From: Thermotogaceae bacterium
GTDB lineage: Bacteria > Thermotogota > Thermotogae > MWEM01
Reading direction: 5' to 3'
DNA length: 64,000 nucleotides
Assembly: GCA_030445775.1 (NCBI GenBank)
Contig: JASUTC010000001.1
Location: forward strand, 96,469 to 160,468
The translations under genes were made by a program, and so were the position numbers. Below, in pieces: positions 28,032-36,414 of the stretch (its first letter is position 1; every line of letters begins with the position of its first letter). The notes beneath the pieces are model-generated. The model ran no database searches. It had not been told where the DNA came from and saw nothing but the letters and a program-made list of their open reading frames with translations.

Positions 28032-28328
28032 TTAATTAAGTTCATCATCCTCGTCATCATCAATGATATCTTCCTCGTCTGCCGAACCACCCATTTCTTC
28101 AAAGATAAAGTTAACGGCATCTTCAACACAGGTAATTTTATCTGTATTATCTTCGTCTATTCTTATCCCAAATTCATCCTCAATTGCCATTATAAAATCA
28201 ACCAAATCTAATGAATCAGCACCAAAATCATCAACAAACGTGGATTCCAACTTCACATCATCACTTTCAAGATTAAATTTCTCCATTAGCATCTTTTTCA
28301 AATGCTTAAAAATCTCGCTCTTTGTCAT
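28032..28328 (-). CDS. acyl carrier protein-like protein with a polyacidic C-terminal tail
   Basis: DSLD phosphopantetheine-site motif (FGADSLDLVDFIMAIEDEFG). Extra tail GGSADEEDIIDDDEDDELN. SD GGGGTGA precedes ATG 28328. Confidence 0.7.
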   Translation of the reverse strand: MTKSEIFKHLKKMLMEKFNLESDDVKLESTFVDDFGADSLDLVDFIMAIEDEFGIRIDEDNTDKITCVEDAVNFIFEEMGGSADEEDIIDDDEDDELN

Positions 28329-28394
28329 GTATATCACCCCGATTTGTTTTTAATTCCTGGAATTATAACACAAGCTTGCTTATTTGTAAAAAAA

Positions 28395-28751
28395 CTACAT
28401 ACCACCTTTTGGTATGACACATATGAATTCAAACTCTTCGTTTTTGGATGCGTTGAGGAATTGATGCTCAAGGTTTTCAGGAACGAAAACCGCATGACCC
28501 TCGGATATATTGATAAGATCTTCGCCAAGTAGGACCTGCCCTTCTCCGCGAAGTACAAATACTTCATGCTCCCAAGGATGACTGTGTTTCGGTGAGTGTC
28601 CCCCTCCCGCAACGGTAAAGACTCTAAGGATAAAGTTTTGTGCTCCCTCATTTTCTCCAATAACAACCCTTTTATGAACGCCTTTAATCTCTTGGGTATT
28701 GATAATTTCAGGATCAATATCTCTCCATTTGATAACTTTTCCCTCTTTCAT
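28395..28751 (-). CDS. cupin-domain protein
   Basis: 118 aa with the two cupin motifs G.HSPKHSHPWEHEVFVLRGEG ... GHAVFVPEN. Confidence 0.75.
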   Translation of the reverse strand: MKEGKVIKWRDIDPEIINTQEIKGVHKRVVIGENEGAQNFILRVFTVAGGGHSPKHSHPWEHEVFVLRGEGQVLLGEDLINISEGHAVFVPENLEHQFLNASKNEEFEFICVIPKGGM

Positions 28752-28790
28752 CTCTCGTTCCTCCTTTAATTTCTTCTTGTTGAACCACCT

Positions 28791-29435
28791 TTATCTCTTT
28801 TTTTGCGGCTCAATAACCACAAATCTGTAAGGTTCCAAGCCCTTTGAATAACTCCTTACTCCATTCATTTTTTTGATGGTTTCATGAACAATTCTTCTTT
28901 CAAAGGAAAACATGGGATCTAATTCAATTCTCTTTCCTTGAATTTTTGCCTTTTTGGCATTTTGAAAAGCGATCTTCTCAATGATCTCTTTCCTCCTATT
29001 TTTATAATCACCAACTTCTAACAACACAACTGCCTTAACATCTGTAATCCTATTAACGTAAATATTGGCAATATGCTGTAAAGCACTGATTGTTTTTCCA
29101 TGTTTTCCAATAATTCTCCCCATTTCTTCTCCGAAAAGGTTAATATAGATTTTTCCATTTCTAATCTTATACTTGATTTTGAGATCTTGACTGATTCCAT
29201 TCGAAAAACTCAAAATACCTGCAAGATAATCACATACTTTTCGGGCAAAATAATCAGTTTTCATGGTTAATTTCAAAAGAGCATCTCTGGAGCCGATTTT
29301 CAAAAATCCTTTTGAGCCAGGGTCTAATACTTCGTACTCATATTCGTTATGATTCAGACCCCATTTTTTTTCTGCTTCTTCCAAAGCTATCTCAATTGTT
29401 CTGCCTGTTATCTCAAGTTCTTTCATCAACGACAC
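28791..29435 (-). CDS. jag: Jag/KhpB RNA-binding protein (Jag_N, KH, R3H)
   Basis: It sits directly downstream of yidC. KH-like block IGKHGKTISALQHI and a C-terminal R3H-like ERRIVHETI. Confidence 0.85.
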   Translation of the reverse strand: MSLMKELEITGRTIEIALEEAEKKWGLNHNEYEYEVLDPGSKGFLKIGSRDALLKLTMKTDYFARKVCDYLAGILSFSNGISQDLKIKYKIRNGKIYINLFGEEMGRIIGKHGKTISALQHIANIYVNRITDVKAVVLLEVGDYKNRRKEIIEKIAFQNAKKAKIQGKRIELDPMFSFERRIVHETIKKMNGVRSYSKGLEPYRFVVIEPQKKR

Positions 29436-29447
29436 CTCATTGTTTTT

Positions 29448-30857
29448 TCAAGATTGTTTTTTCAAGCTGGAAAAAAATTCTTTCGCGGATAAACCACGGA
29501 TATCGTTTTTCTTGTACGCATAATAGGTCACAACAAATTGATATAGCGTTGATGTTACCCAATAAAGTTGTAAACCGGTAGGCAGCATAATGAACAAGAA
29601 TGGGAACAAGGCGCCCATCAATACTCCTTGCAAGGCCATCTTGGAATCGGATGTGGTAATTAAACTGTTAAAGAATCCAATAACAGCTGAAATTAAAACA
29701 AGCGGTATGTTCTGAAGGAATCCTCCTACAGAAAGATCTTGCCAAATGAGAAAACCTGGACTGTAAATAAAAAGCTCTGATTCATAGCGAATAACCGCAA
29801 AAAGTAAAAAGAAAAAAGGCATCTGAATAAGCATGGGTAAACAACCACCGGCAAGACTGACCTTTTTCTCTTTGTAGAATTTCATCAAAGCTTCTTGTTT
29901 TTTCTGTTTGTCCTCAATTTTCATGATCTTTTTGTATTCTGGGTCTTCTTCCAGTTTTTTTCTATCAATCATTGACTTTGTTTGCATATGAAATAAAGGG
30001 TACATTAGAGTTCTAATAATCAACGTAAATAAAATAATAGCCCAACCGTAATTACCGGTCACATTCCTAAGCCAATCGATTAACCCCACAAAGAGATAAA
30101 AAATTGGATCGTACCAACTGGAAGCTCCCGGATAACTGTTGACAACTCTTGAAATCCAGACATTGTCTTCAGGAAAGGCTCTGTTTATAAAAGTCATCTT
30201 TTTTGCCGGTCCAATATAACCGGATACATGAAGTCCGTGATAGGTTACTTCTACTGTATTAGCCTCTTTAGATCCATTTATTTTAAAATGTGAAGTCCCT
30301 TGACCGTCTAATTTCCAGATTGCCAGAGATTTTGTTTTTTCATAATAACTGGTCATTATCCGCCCATCATCTTTAACATTATCCTCTGCTACGTATCCGA
30401 CTCTTGGAAATGTCAATTCAAGATTCGCTGGTATTTCACCCGTTATTTCCAGATTGATTTCATATAAAGGTCCAAAAGGGATAATGACATTCTTCTGAAA
30501 GCTTCCGTAATTAAAAGAAACAATTACATCCTGTGCGAATGCTTGAGTTGTATTTAGGAATTCAGTAACCTCTTTTCCATTTACCGTTATCTCTGAAGGA
30601 TATATAGGACTTGCATCCAATGTGGTGTAAAAACCGTCATTATCATTTCTATATATGAGTTTTTGATCTTCCATTGTTAATGTTACTTCACTTAACACAC
30701 CTTGCTGGGCATTTAAAACATAATGGGCAATTCTTGTTTTAATACTAAGCATGCCGTCCAAATAGGTTACATTAATCTCGTTATTAGCAAATATAACAGA
30801 AACAAATATAGACGTAAACAGGATTAGAATTAAAAACAGGATCTTATTTAATTTCAT
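29448..30857 (-). CDS. yidC: membrane protein insertase YidC (long form with a periplasmic domain)
   Basis: 469 aa. The C-terminal 60-kDa-IMP core contains GWAIILFT.IIR....P and GCLPMLIQMPFFF. Context is rnpA-yidD-yidC-jag. Confidence 0.92.
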   Translation of the reverse strand: MKLNKILFLILILFTSIFVSVIFANNEINVTYLDGMLSIKTRIAHYVLNAQQGVLSEVTLTMEDQKLIYRNDNDGFYTTLDASPIYPSEITVNGKEVTEFLNTTQAFAQDVIVSFNYGSFQKNVIIPFGPLYEINLEITGEIPANLELTFPRVGYVAEDNVKDDGRIMTSYYEKTKSLAIWKLDGQGTSHFKINGSKEANTVEVTYHGLHVSGYIGPAKKMTFINRAFPEDNVWISRVVNSYPGASSWYDPIFYLFVGLIDWLRNVTGNYGWAIILFTLIIRTLMYPLFHMQTKSMIDRKKLEEDPEYKKIMKIEDKQKKQEALMKFYKEKKVSLAGGCLPMLIQMPFFFLLFAVIRYESELFIYSPGFLIWQDLSVGGFLQNIPLVLISAVIGFFNSLITTSDSKMALQGVLMGALFPFLFIMLPTGLQLYWVTSTLYQFVVTYYAYKKNDIRGLSAKEFFSSLKKQS

Positions 30858-31114
30858 CGATTTTTTCCTCCTCTTTTGATTCGAATGTTTGTTGGGACTG
30901 GATCGTAACCACCTTTGCCAAAGGGATTACATCTGATGATTCTCCAAATACTTAAAACCGTTCCCAAAAAAAAACCATGCCTTTCATAGGCTTTCAAGGC
31001 ATAGGTTGAACATGTGGGATAAAATCTACAGGTTGGAGTACGCTTCATAGGAGATAACCATTTTTTATAAAACTTTATGATGTATATCATCAATTTACTT
31101 GGTAATTTAAACAA
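30854..31114 (-). CDS. yidD: membrane protein insertion efficiency factor YidD
   Basis: 86 aa with CRFYPTCSTYA...HG...G......RI.RCNPF..GGYDPVP. Confidence 0.92.
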   Translation of the reverse strand: MFKLPSKLMIYIIKFYKKWLSPMKRTPTCRFYPTCSTYALKAYERHGFFLGTVLSIWRIIRCNPFGKGGYDPVPTNIRIKRGGKNR

Positions 31115-31454
31115 GTCCTTTGAACAACTCCTCTAATTCAACGGCAATTTCTCTGTAGTGTAACCCATCAAACCTTTTTGATAATCTCTTTCTCGGTAAA
31201 ACAAAGACATCGATTCCTGAGGGGAACTTCATTTTATTTAATCTGAAATATTCACGGCAATACCTTTTCAATCTATTCCTTTTGACCGCATTGCCAAATT
31301 TTTTTTTGACACTAATTCCAAATCTTCTTTTATCAGTGCCGTTTTTCTTAATAAAAGCGATAAAATCAGCTGTCTGAATGATTTTACCCGTTTGAACGAT
31401 GTCTTTGATCTGCGCATTTAACCGTAATCTTTCCGCTTTAGAAAAAGAATACAC
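31107..31454 (-). CDS. rnpA: ribonuclease P protein component
   Basis: 115 aa. RFGISVKKK.GNAVKRNRLKR is the RNR motif. It follows rpmH. Confidence 0.9.
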   Translation of the reverse strand: MYSFSKAERLRLNAQIKDIVQTGKIIQTADFIAFIKKNGTDKRRFGISVKKKFGNAVKRNRLKRYCREYFRLNKMKFPSGIDVFVLPRKRLSKRFDGLHYREIAVELEELFKGLV

Positions 31455-31456
31455 AC

Positions 31457-31591
31457 TCAGAGTGCGAGCCGCTTCCTTCCTTTTCTTCTTCTATTCGCCA
31501 AGATTCTTCTACCGCTGCTGGTTTTTTTTCTCGCCAAAAAACCGTGTGTGTTCCTTCTTTTCCTACGTGACGGCTGATAAGTCCTTTTCAT
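31457..31591 (-). CDS. rpmH: 50S ribosomal protein L34
   Basis: Not in the ORF track (44 aa). My translation is [53 protein letters not shown] lies upstream. Confidence 0.95.
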   Translation of the reverse strand: MKRTYQPSRRKRRNTHGFLARKKTSSGRRILANRRRKGRKRLAL

Positions 31592-31631
31592 AACCTGCCA
31601 CCTCCTTATATGTTTTCATAAAATTCGCTAA

Positions 31632-31661
31632 ATTATATCCATTTGACCCGTCAAATGTCAA
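31632..31661 (-). promoter_or_regulatory. consensus sigma70-type promoter of the rpmH-rnpA-yidD-yidC-jag operon
   Basis: On the minus strand: TTGACA (31661-31656), 18 nt, TATAAT (31637-31632). The spacer holds the perfect dyad ATTTGAC-CC-GTCAAAT (31641-31656). Confidence 0.6.
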
Positions 31662-31816
31662 GTCGGATTTTATTTTTTTACCTCTTCGAGAAAAAAAGCA
31701 GAATCTTTAACAAAATACCATGTATTTTTTTTGCCAAAAGATGCTATGATTATTCTGCTGAATTAAGGGGTCCTATTTTTATATAGCTTTGAGACTACTA
31801 CAATTCTTTCTCAAGG

Positions 31817-33223
31817 GTGGTACATATAAAGACGAATGTGACTGACAGAGAGAAAGAGTTCTTCCAATTATTGCAAAAGAATATTCATCCTAATCATTGG
31901 GATATGTGGTTCGGTTCACTCAGTATTTCCAGTATAAAAGATGAAGAGCATCTTATAACTTTTGCTGTGGAAAATCTCTTTCTTAAAGAAAGACTTAAAA
32001 ATAAATACGGAAAAACTATCGAAAATACGGTTCGTGATTATTTCGGTAAAGATTACGGGTATCGCTTGGAGTATTCAACTCTGGATTCAAATAATCCCAC
32101 TAGTACTGACAAGAAAAAAAGCTCTGGAGAGCGATTAATTAAAAGAAAACCCGTGGCTTTATCAAACTTAAATAGGAATTACACCTTTGAACGCTTTATT
32201 CCGGGTGGTGGCAATCTTTTTGCGTATAATAGTGCCGTTGAAGTATCTCGAAATCCCGGACAATTTAATCCAATGTTCATCTACGGTGAAGTGGGATTGG
32301 GTAAAACTCACCTTTTACAAGCTATTGCACATGAAATAATGAAAAAACACCCCCAACTAAGGGTGTTGTATATCACATCTGAGGAATTTATGAACAATCT
32401 CATCTACTGCATTAAAACCAACACCACTGAGAAGTTTAGGGAAAGGTTTAGACAAAATATCGATGTTTTACTCATCGATGATATTCAATTCCTCATCGGA
32501 AAAAAAGGTATACAAAACGAATTGTTTCATACCTTCAATTCACTTTATGATTCAGGGAAACAAATCGCGTTTTGTGGCGATAGGAACCCAAACGATCTGG
32601 GAACCTTTCATAATCGGCTGATTTCGAGATTCCAGATGGGTCTCGTTGTTGAAATGCTCGCCCCCGATGTTAGCACCCGAAAGCGGATTATTGAAAATTT
32701 TATTGAAAATGAAGGGTTGTCTTTACCCGTTAATGTCATAGAATATATCGCAGAGAATTCTTCAAACAACATACGTGAAATTATTGGGTTTCTCATTAAG
32801 ATCATCATGGCTAATAAATTACAAAATAAACCCATTGACTTGATGACTGTAAAACTTATTCTAAATGAAATCATGCCCAACAATGAAGAAAAGGTAAACA
32901 AAACACCTTCACCAAAGGAAAAACTTTTTCAATCCGTAGAAAAAGTCTTTGATATTGATCAAAAAACCTTGGTTTCAAAAACCAGGAAAAAACCAGTTAG
33001 TGAAATTAGGATGATCGCCATGTACTTAGCTGTCCATACAATGAAAGAACCAGTTACCGGTGTAGCAGATTGGTTTGAAAAAACCCATTCTTCTGTCAAT
33101 TATTCTATCAATAAAATCGATTCGCTCATCAAGAATGATAATCAAAGAATTATACGACAATTAGATCGCCTTAAAGATCAATACAATACTTCAACAGCTG
33201 ATCATGTCGCGATTAATGCATAA
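31817..33223 (+). CDS. dnaA: chromosomal replication initiator DnaA
   Basis: GTG start. AAA+ motifs GEVGLGKTHLL and LLIDDIQFL, plus a C-terminal DNA-binding domain (MYLA...T..S...IA..F....HSSV.YS). The exact start is uncertain. Confidence 0.93.
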   Translation: MVHIKTNVTDREKEFFQLLQKNIHPNHWDMWFGSLSISSIKDEEHLITFAVENLFLKERLKNKYGKTIENTVRDYFGKDYGYRLEYSTLDSNNPTSTDKKKSSGERLIKRKPVALSNLNRNYTFERFIPGGGNLFAYNSAVEVSRNPGQFNPMFIYGEVGLGKTHLLQAIAHEIMKKHPQLRVLYITSEEFMNNLIYCIKTNTTEKFRERFRQNIDVLLIDDIQFLIGKKGIQNELFHTFNSLYDSGKQIAFCGDRNPNDLGTFHNRLISRFQMGLVVEMLAPDVSTRKRIIENFIENEGLSLPVNVIEYIAENSSNNIREIIGFLIKIIMANKLQNKPIDLMTVKLILNEIMPNNEEKVNKTPSPKEKLFQSVEKVFDIDQKTLVSKTRKKPVSEIRMIAMYLAVHTMKEPVTGVADWFEKTHSSVNYSINKIDSLIKNDNQRIIRQLDRLKDQYNTSTADHVAINA

Positions 33224-34996
33224 TTAATAAGCCGCGCATACAACCATCTCTTCATCAGTAAGAATGGCGAGATGGTTTTTCTTTTTGATAACCTTAATCA
33301 AGGTTCCTGATAATGTAACAAGGGGTTTCTCATCTTGATAGAGCATGTTTCCCGATTGCTTGAATTCAGTATCCAACTTTTCAGCTTCCTTTTTTCTCAA
33401 ATCTGTAGATTTACTTTTAAAATAATAATCAATATAACTCTCATAATTTTGAAGATTTATTCTTATTTTTTCTTCTGTTTGTTCCAAAAAATTAATCCCG
33501 GTGATACCCGGAATTCTCATGTCAAAATATTCTCGGTATCCAAGTTCTGTATTAATTAAAATAACCCTTGAATAGGCGTCTAAAACGCCAATATATTTTT
33601 CGGTTGTAATAATTTTGTAGGCTATGTAATTAACAGATCTACTCCATTGTGGTTCCCATGTGTTCATATCAAGAGAAATCACTTTTTTATCCGATGTAAA
33701 CAGCCATAGATTGTGATGAATCTTCACAGCGTTGATGATCATGCTTGTTCCATTGTAATGCGTTTTTTTTGACCAATTTTTTATGCTGTTTCCTGTCACA
33801 AAGGTATTCCCGTCGAACCAAACCACTTTCGAATCAATGGCTGAAATGAGTTCATTTTCTATGTCAATAAGGAGAGACTCATAAGAATCTGCAAGGATTA
33901 CCCGCTTTTCTTCGAAGAAAATATCCTTGTAAACACGAGATAAATCCATTCGATATACAATCGTTCCGGGTTTTTCTACTAAAACAATGTCCATCATTAA
34001 CTGCTGGGCAGATGATAGTTGGAACATTTTCTCGTATCGCTTGTATTCGTTATTGTCAACTATTAATTTGTATTCACCCGGTATAAGTTCAAGCTTTTCA
34101 TTCTGAGACCGTAGCGATTCAACGATTTCTTCATCTTTCAACAAAAGGATTTGTGCTGGAACATTCAAGTTAATTGTCAATTCAGCTTTTTTTATGTTAT
34201 CAAGTGAGATAACCATATCATTTTTTAGATAAATGTATTGAGAACGATTTGCAAATTCGATCTCATGAACACCTTCATCTAAATACACTCGCACAGGAGC
34301 GGTAAATTTTTCACCATCAATAAAAATAGTCTGTGGATCACTAGTTTCTACAGTTAATAAAAATTGTTTTTGAGTTAAATCGAGAAATAAAATGGGGTAA
34401 AAGGGAACATCAAATTCCATGTTTCGATTATCCACGGTTATTTTTAATTGATCATCAAATATCTTGATAACAGAGTACTCTGGTCCTTTATAAAGTTTTT
34501 CACCGTTGACAGTAAAAAAACGTTCAGTGTGTATGAGTACTAATTTAGGTAGGCTCTTTGAATAATTGCCGAAAGCATTTTGAAAAAAATCCTCTAATTG
34601 AGGTACGTTATTTTCTGAAACAGTCAAAAGGGAATCCATATTGTTAATTTCCCTTGAATCATAAACAATTTCAATATAAATAAATCGATCTTGAAGGCGT
34701 TCAGTTTTTACATAAAGTCTTTTACCTTCACCGAGAACAAAACCAAGATTTTGCAAGACCGTTTCAATTCCTTCTAAAAGGGTTTCTTCCCCTTCATATT
34801 CTAAAGTGATCCTTGGCTGATCCTTCCACCATTCCTCAATTGAAAATTGATTACTATAAGCCATAATCTCAAATTTACCCAAGGATAACTCTTCATTTAA
34901 GTTACAATCTTTCAATCTGTAGGATTCTATAAGTTCTGAACTAAGACCAACCATTGTAAGAATGAGTAGTGTTAAAATGAAAAGTTTGTTTTTCAT
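33224..34996 (-). CDS. secreted protein with PEGA-like beta-sandwich repeats and a possible beta-propeller; function unknown
   Basis: Signal MKNKLFILTLLILTMVGLS. Repeats such as VRVYLDEGVHEIEF and LIPGEYKLIV resemble PEGA domains. Its start shares 1 nt with the upstream stop. Confidence 0.45.
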   Translation of the reverse strand: MKNKLFILTLLILTMVGLSSELIESYRLKDCNLNEELSLGKFEIMAYSNQFSIEEWWKDQPRITLEYEGEETLLEGIETVLQNLGFVLGEGKRLYVKTERLQDRFIYIEIVYDSREINNMDSLLTVSENNVPQLEDFFQNAFGNYSKSLPKLVLIHTERFFTVNGEKLYKGPEYSVIKIFDDQLKITVDNRNMEFDVPFYPILFLDLTQKQFLLTVETSDPQTIFIDGEKFTAPVRVYLDEGVHEIEFANRSQYIYLKNDMVISLDNIKKAELTINLNVPAQILLLKDEEIVESLRSQNEKLELIPGEYKLIVDNNEYKRYEKMFQLSSAQQLMMDIVLVEKPGTIVYRMDLSRVYKDIFFEEKRVILADSYESLLIDIENELISAIDSKVVWFDGNTFVTGNSIKNWSKKTHYNGTSMIINAVKIHHNLWLFTSDKKVISLDMNTWEPQWSRSVNYIAYKIITTEKYIGVLDAYSRVILINTELGYREYFDMRIPGITGINFLEQTEEKIRINLQNYESYIDYYFKSKSTDLRKKEAEKLDTEFKQSGNMLYQDEKPLVTLSGTLIKVIKKKNHLAILTDEEMVVCAAY

Positions 34997-35715
34997 CAGA
35001 TAACCCCTCTATGTCGAACAAAATGATATAAAATAGTCCAAGTTCCGGAAAAAACCTTAAAACCAATAAGAAAGTTAAAAAGAAGGGCGTTTCCTCCAGA
35101 AAAAAAAGTGCCTGGAGTGGTTTGAGGTAAAAAATTTGAGAAACCGGCATTTGAAAGTAACAACCCAACGATCCCGGAAATCGGGATAAAAAACATAATG
35201 GATTGTTCTATTTCGTGTATGTGCAAACTATTCAGATTCTCTTCTATTCGATTTAAATCCTTCGAACCGCTTAGAACCAATAAGCCTGTCCCAGCAACAA
35301 CACCCCCGACAAACCCTCCACCTGGTCCAATATGACCAGAAAAAACGATGTATATAGAAAATATCACGGATAGGGTAAAGATAAAACTGCCGGCAATTTC
35401 CATTCTTAAATCCACTTCCTCAGAGTGAATGGATATCAACTTAGACGGTTTTGTTTTTTTACTGTCAGGAAGCTTTTCCAATACCATATTAACACCAAAA
35501 GCAGCAACAAAAAAAACAATCACTTCAAAAATTGTGTCATAGAATCGATAATCAAGATAGATTGCGCTGATAAGATTCATTGATGTATTAGACTCAATGG
35601 GGTTTTCCAAATAAGGATTATCATATTTTTCCAAATCGTTGTTCGAAATATATAAAAACACTACAACACCAAATAGCAATAGCAGAACGAGTACCAAGAG
35701 GGACACGAATTTCAT
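34996..35715 (-). CDS. MnhB/MrpB-like (MbhF-like) membrane protein, orphan
   Basis: AIYLDYRFYDTIFE and GHIGPGGGFVGG are hallmark MnhB-domain motifs. About 5 TM helices. No MrpA/D antiporter-like genes lie nearby. Confidence 0.7.
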   Translation of the reverse strand: MKFVSLLVLVLLLLFGVVVFLYISNNDLEKYDNPYLENPIESNTSMNLISAIYLDYRFYDTIFEVIVFFVAAFGVNMVLEKLPDSKKTKPSKLISIHSEEVDLRMEIAGSFIFTLSVIFSIYIVFSGHIGPGGGFVGGVVAGTGLLVLSGSKDLNRIEENLNSLHIHEIEQSIMFFIPISGIVGLLLSNAGFSNFLPQTTPGTFFSGGNALLFNFLIGFKVFSGTWTILYHFVRHRGVI

Positions 35716-36407
35716 CCGATATATCGCCTCACCATCTCTTGAAAATCCCCTGAATTTTTAAGTTCTTTCAGATATTGCCTAAGATCTTCCGCTAATTCCG
35801 GCCTGTGATGCTCAATTAAAAATTGATATTGGGCCTTTCTGATAAACTCAAATTCCTCTGCCGGGGTTTCACCTTCCAATATTTCCTTCTTCATTCTTAC
35901 CAAATCTATTTCTCTTGACCTGGTATCTCGAAAGACCTTTGTTTCCAATATCTCTACCTTTAGCCATTTTCTTTCGTCAATTTTCATTTTTTCAGTACTG
36001 AAAATTCCCCCTATGATGATATCCGTTTGCTTCCTGTTAATCACTTGAGAATCTAATACCGAATATTCAGCCTCCAGGTTTTGTTCGATTAAAAAAGATT
36101 TCAGCAGCTCATACTCAAAGCCTGAAAGCTCTTCTTTCTTTCCAAAAATCATGTAAGGAGCCGGAACATACTTCACACGAACCATTCCTGTTTTTTTTAT
36201 GGCAATTAAAAAAACAAATGTCGTAAATCCTGCCCCCAACGCAAGTGATGCAAAAGAAACATCCGGAGCACCCATAAATAGATATGCTCCGGATGTGATG
36301 GTTCCAAAAAGTCCAAAATATAAAATGGATGTTTTCAGATTTTTTTCAATTAATAACGCGATAGACAGTAATAAAGCAAAAAACCAAAATATAGCTGAAA
36401 ACATCAT
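35712..36407 (-). CDS. DUF4040 (MbhD / MrpA C-terminal-like) membrane domain fused to a partial type-2 periplasmic-binding-protein-like domain
   Basis: The N-terminal 3 TM helices carry GAPDVSFASLALGAG (DUF4040-like). Then VRVKYVPAPYMIFG...LSGFEYELLKSF......TDIIIGGIFSTEKM resembles the SBP_bac_3 N-lobe. Confidence 0.55.
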   Translation of the reverse strand: MMFSAIFWFFALLLSIALLIEKNLKTSILYFGLFGTITSGAYLFMGAPDVSFASLALGAGFTTFVFLIAIKKTGMVRVKYVPAPYMIFGKKEELSGFEYELLKSFLIEQNLEAEYSVLDSQVINRKQTDIIIGGIFSTEKMKIDERKWLKVEILETKVFRDTRSREIDLVRMKKEILEGETPAEEFEFIRKAQYQFLIEHHRPELAEDLRQYLKELKNSGDFQEMVRRYIG

Positions 36408-36414
36408 CTCTCCT

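Noticed and set aside
28334-28717. A 127-aa ORF overlapping the cupin gene in another frame on the same strand.
   Set aside because: The cupin frame (28395-28751) carries both conserved cupin motifs. The overlapping frame has no motifs and no SD.
31592-31602. AACCTGCCACC resembles the Thermotoga 12-mer DnaA box (AAACCTACCACC) right next to dnaA.
   Set aside because: It is a single copy and is exactly the reverse complement of the rpmH Shine-Dalgarno region (GGAGGTGGCAGGTT-ATG). No further copies were seen in the spacer, so it is not evidence for oriC.
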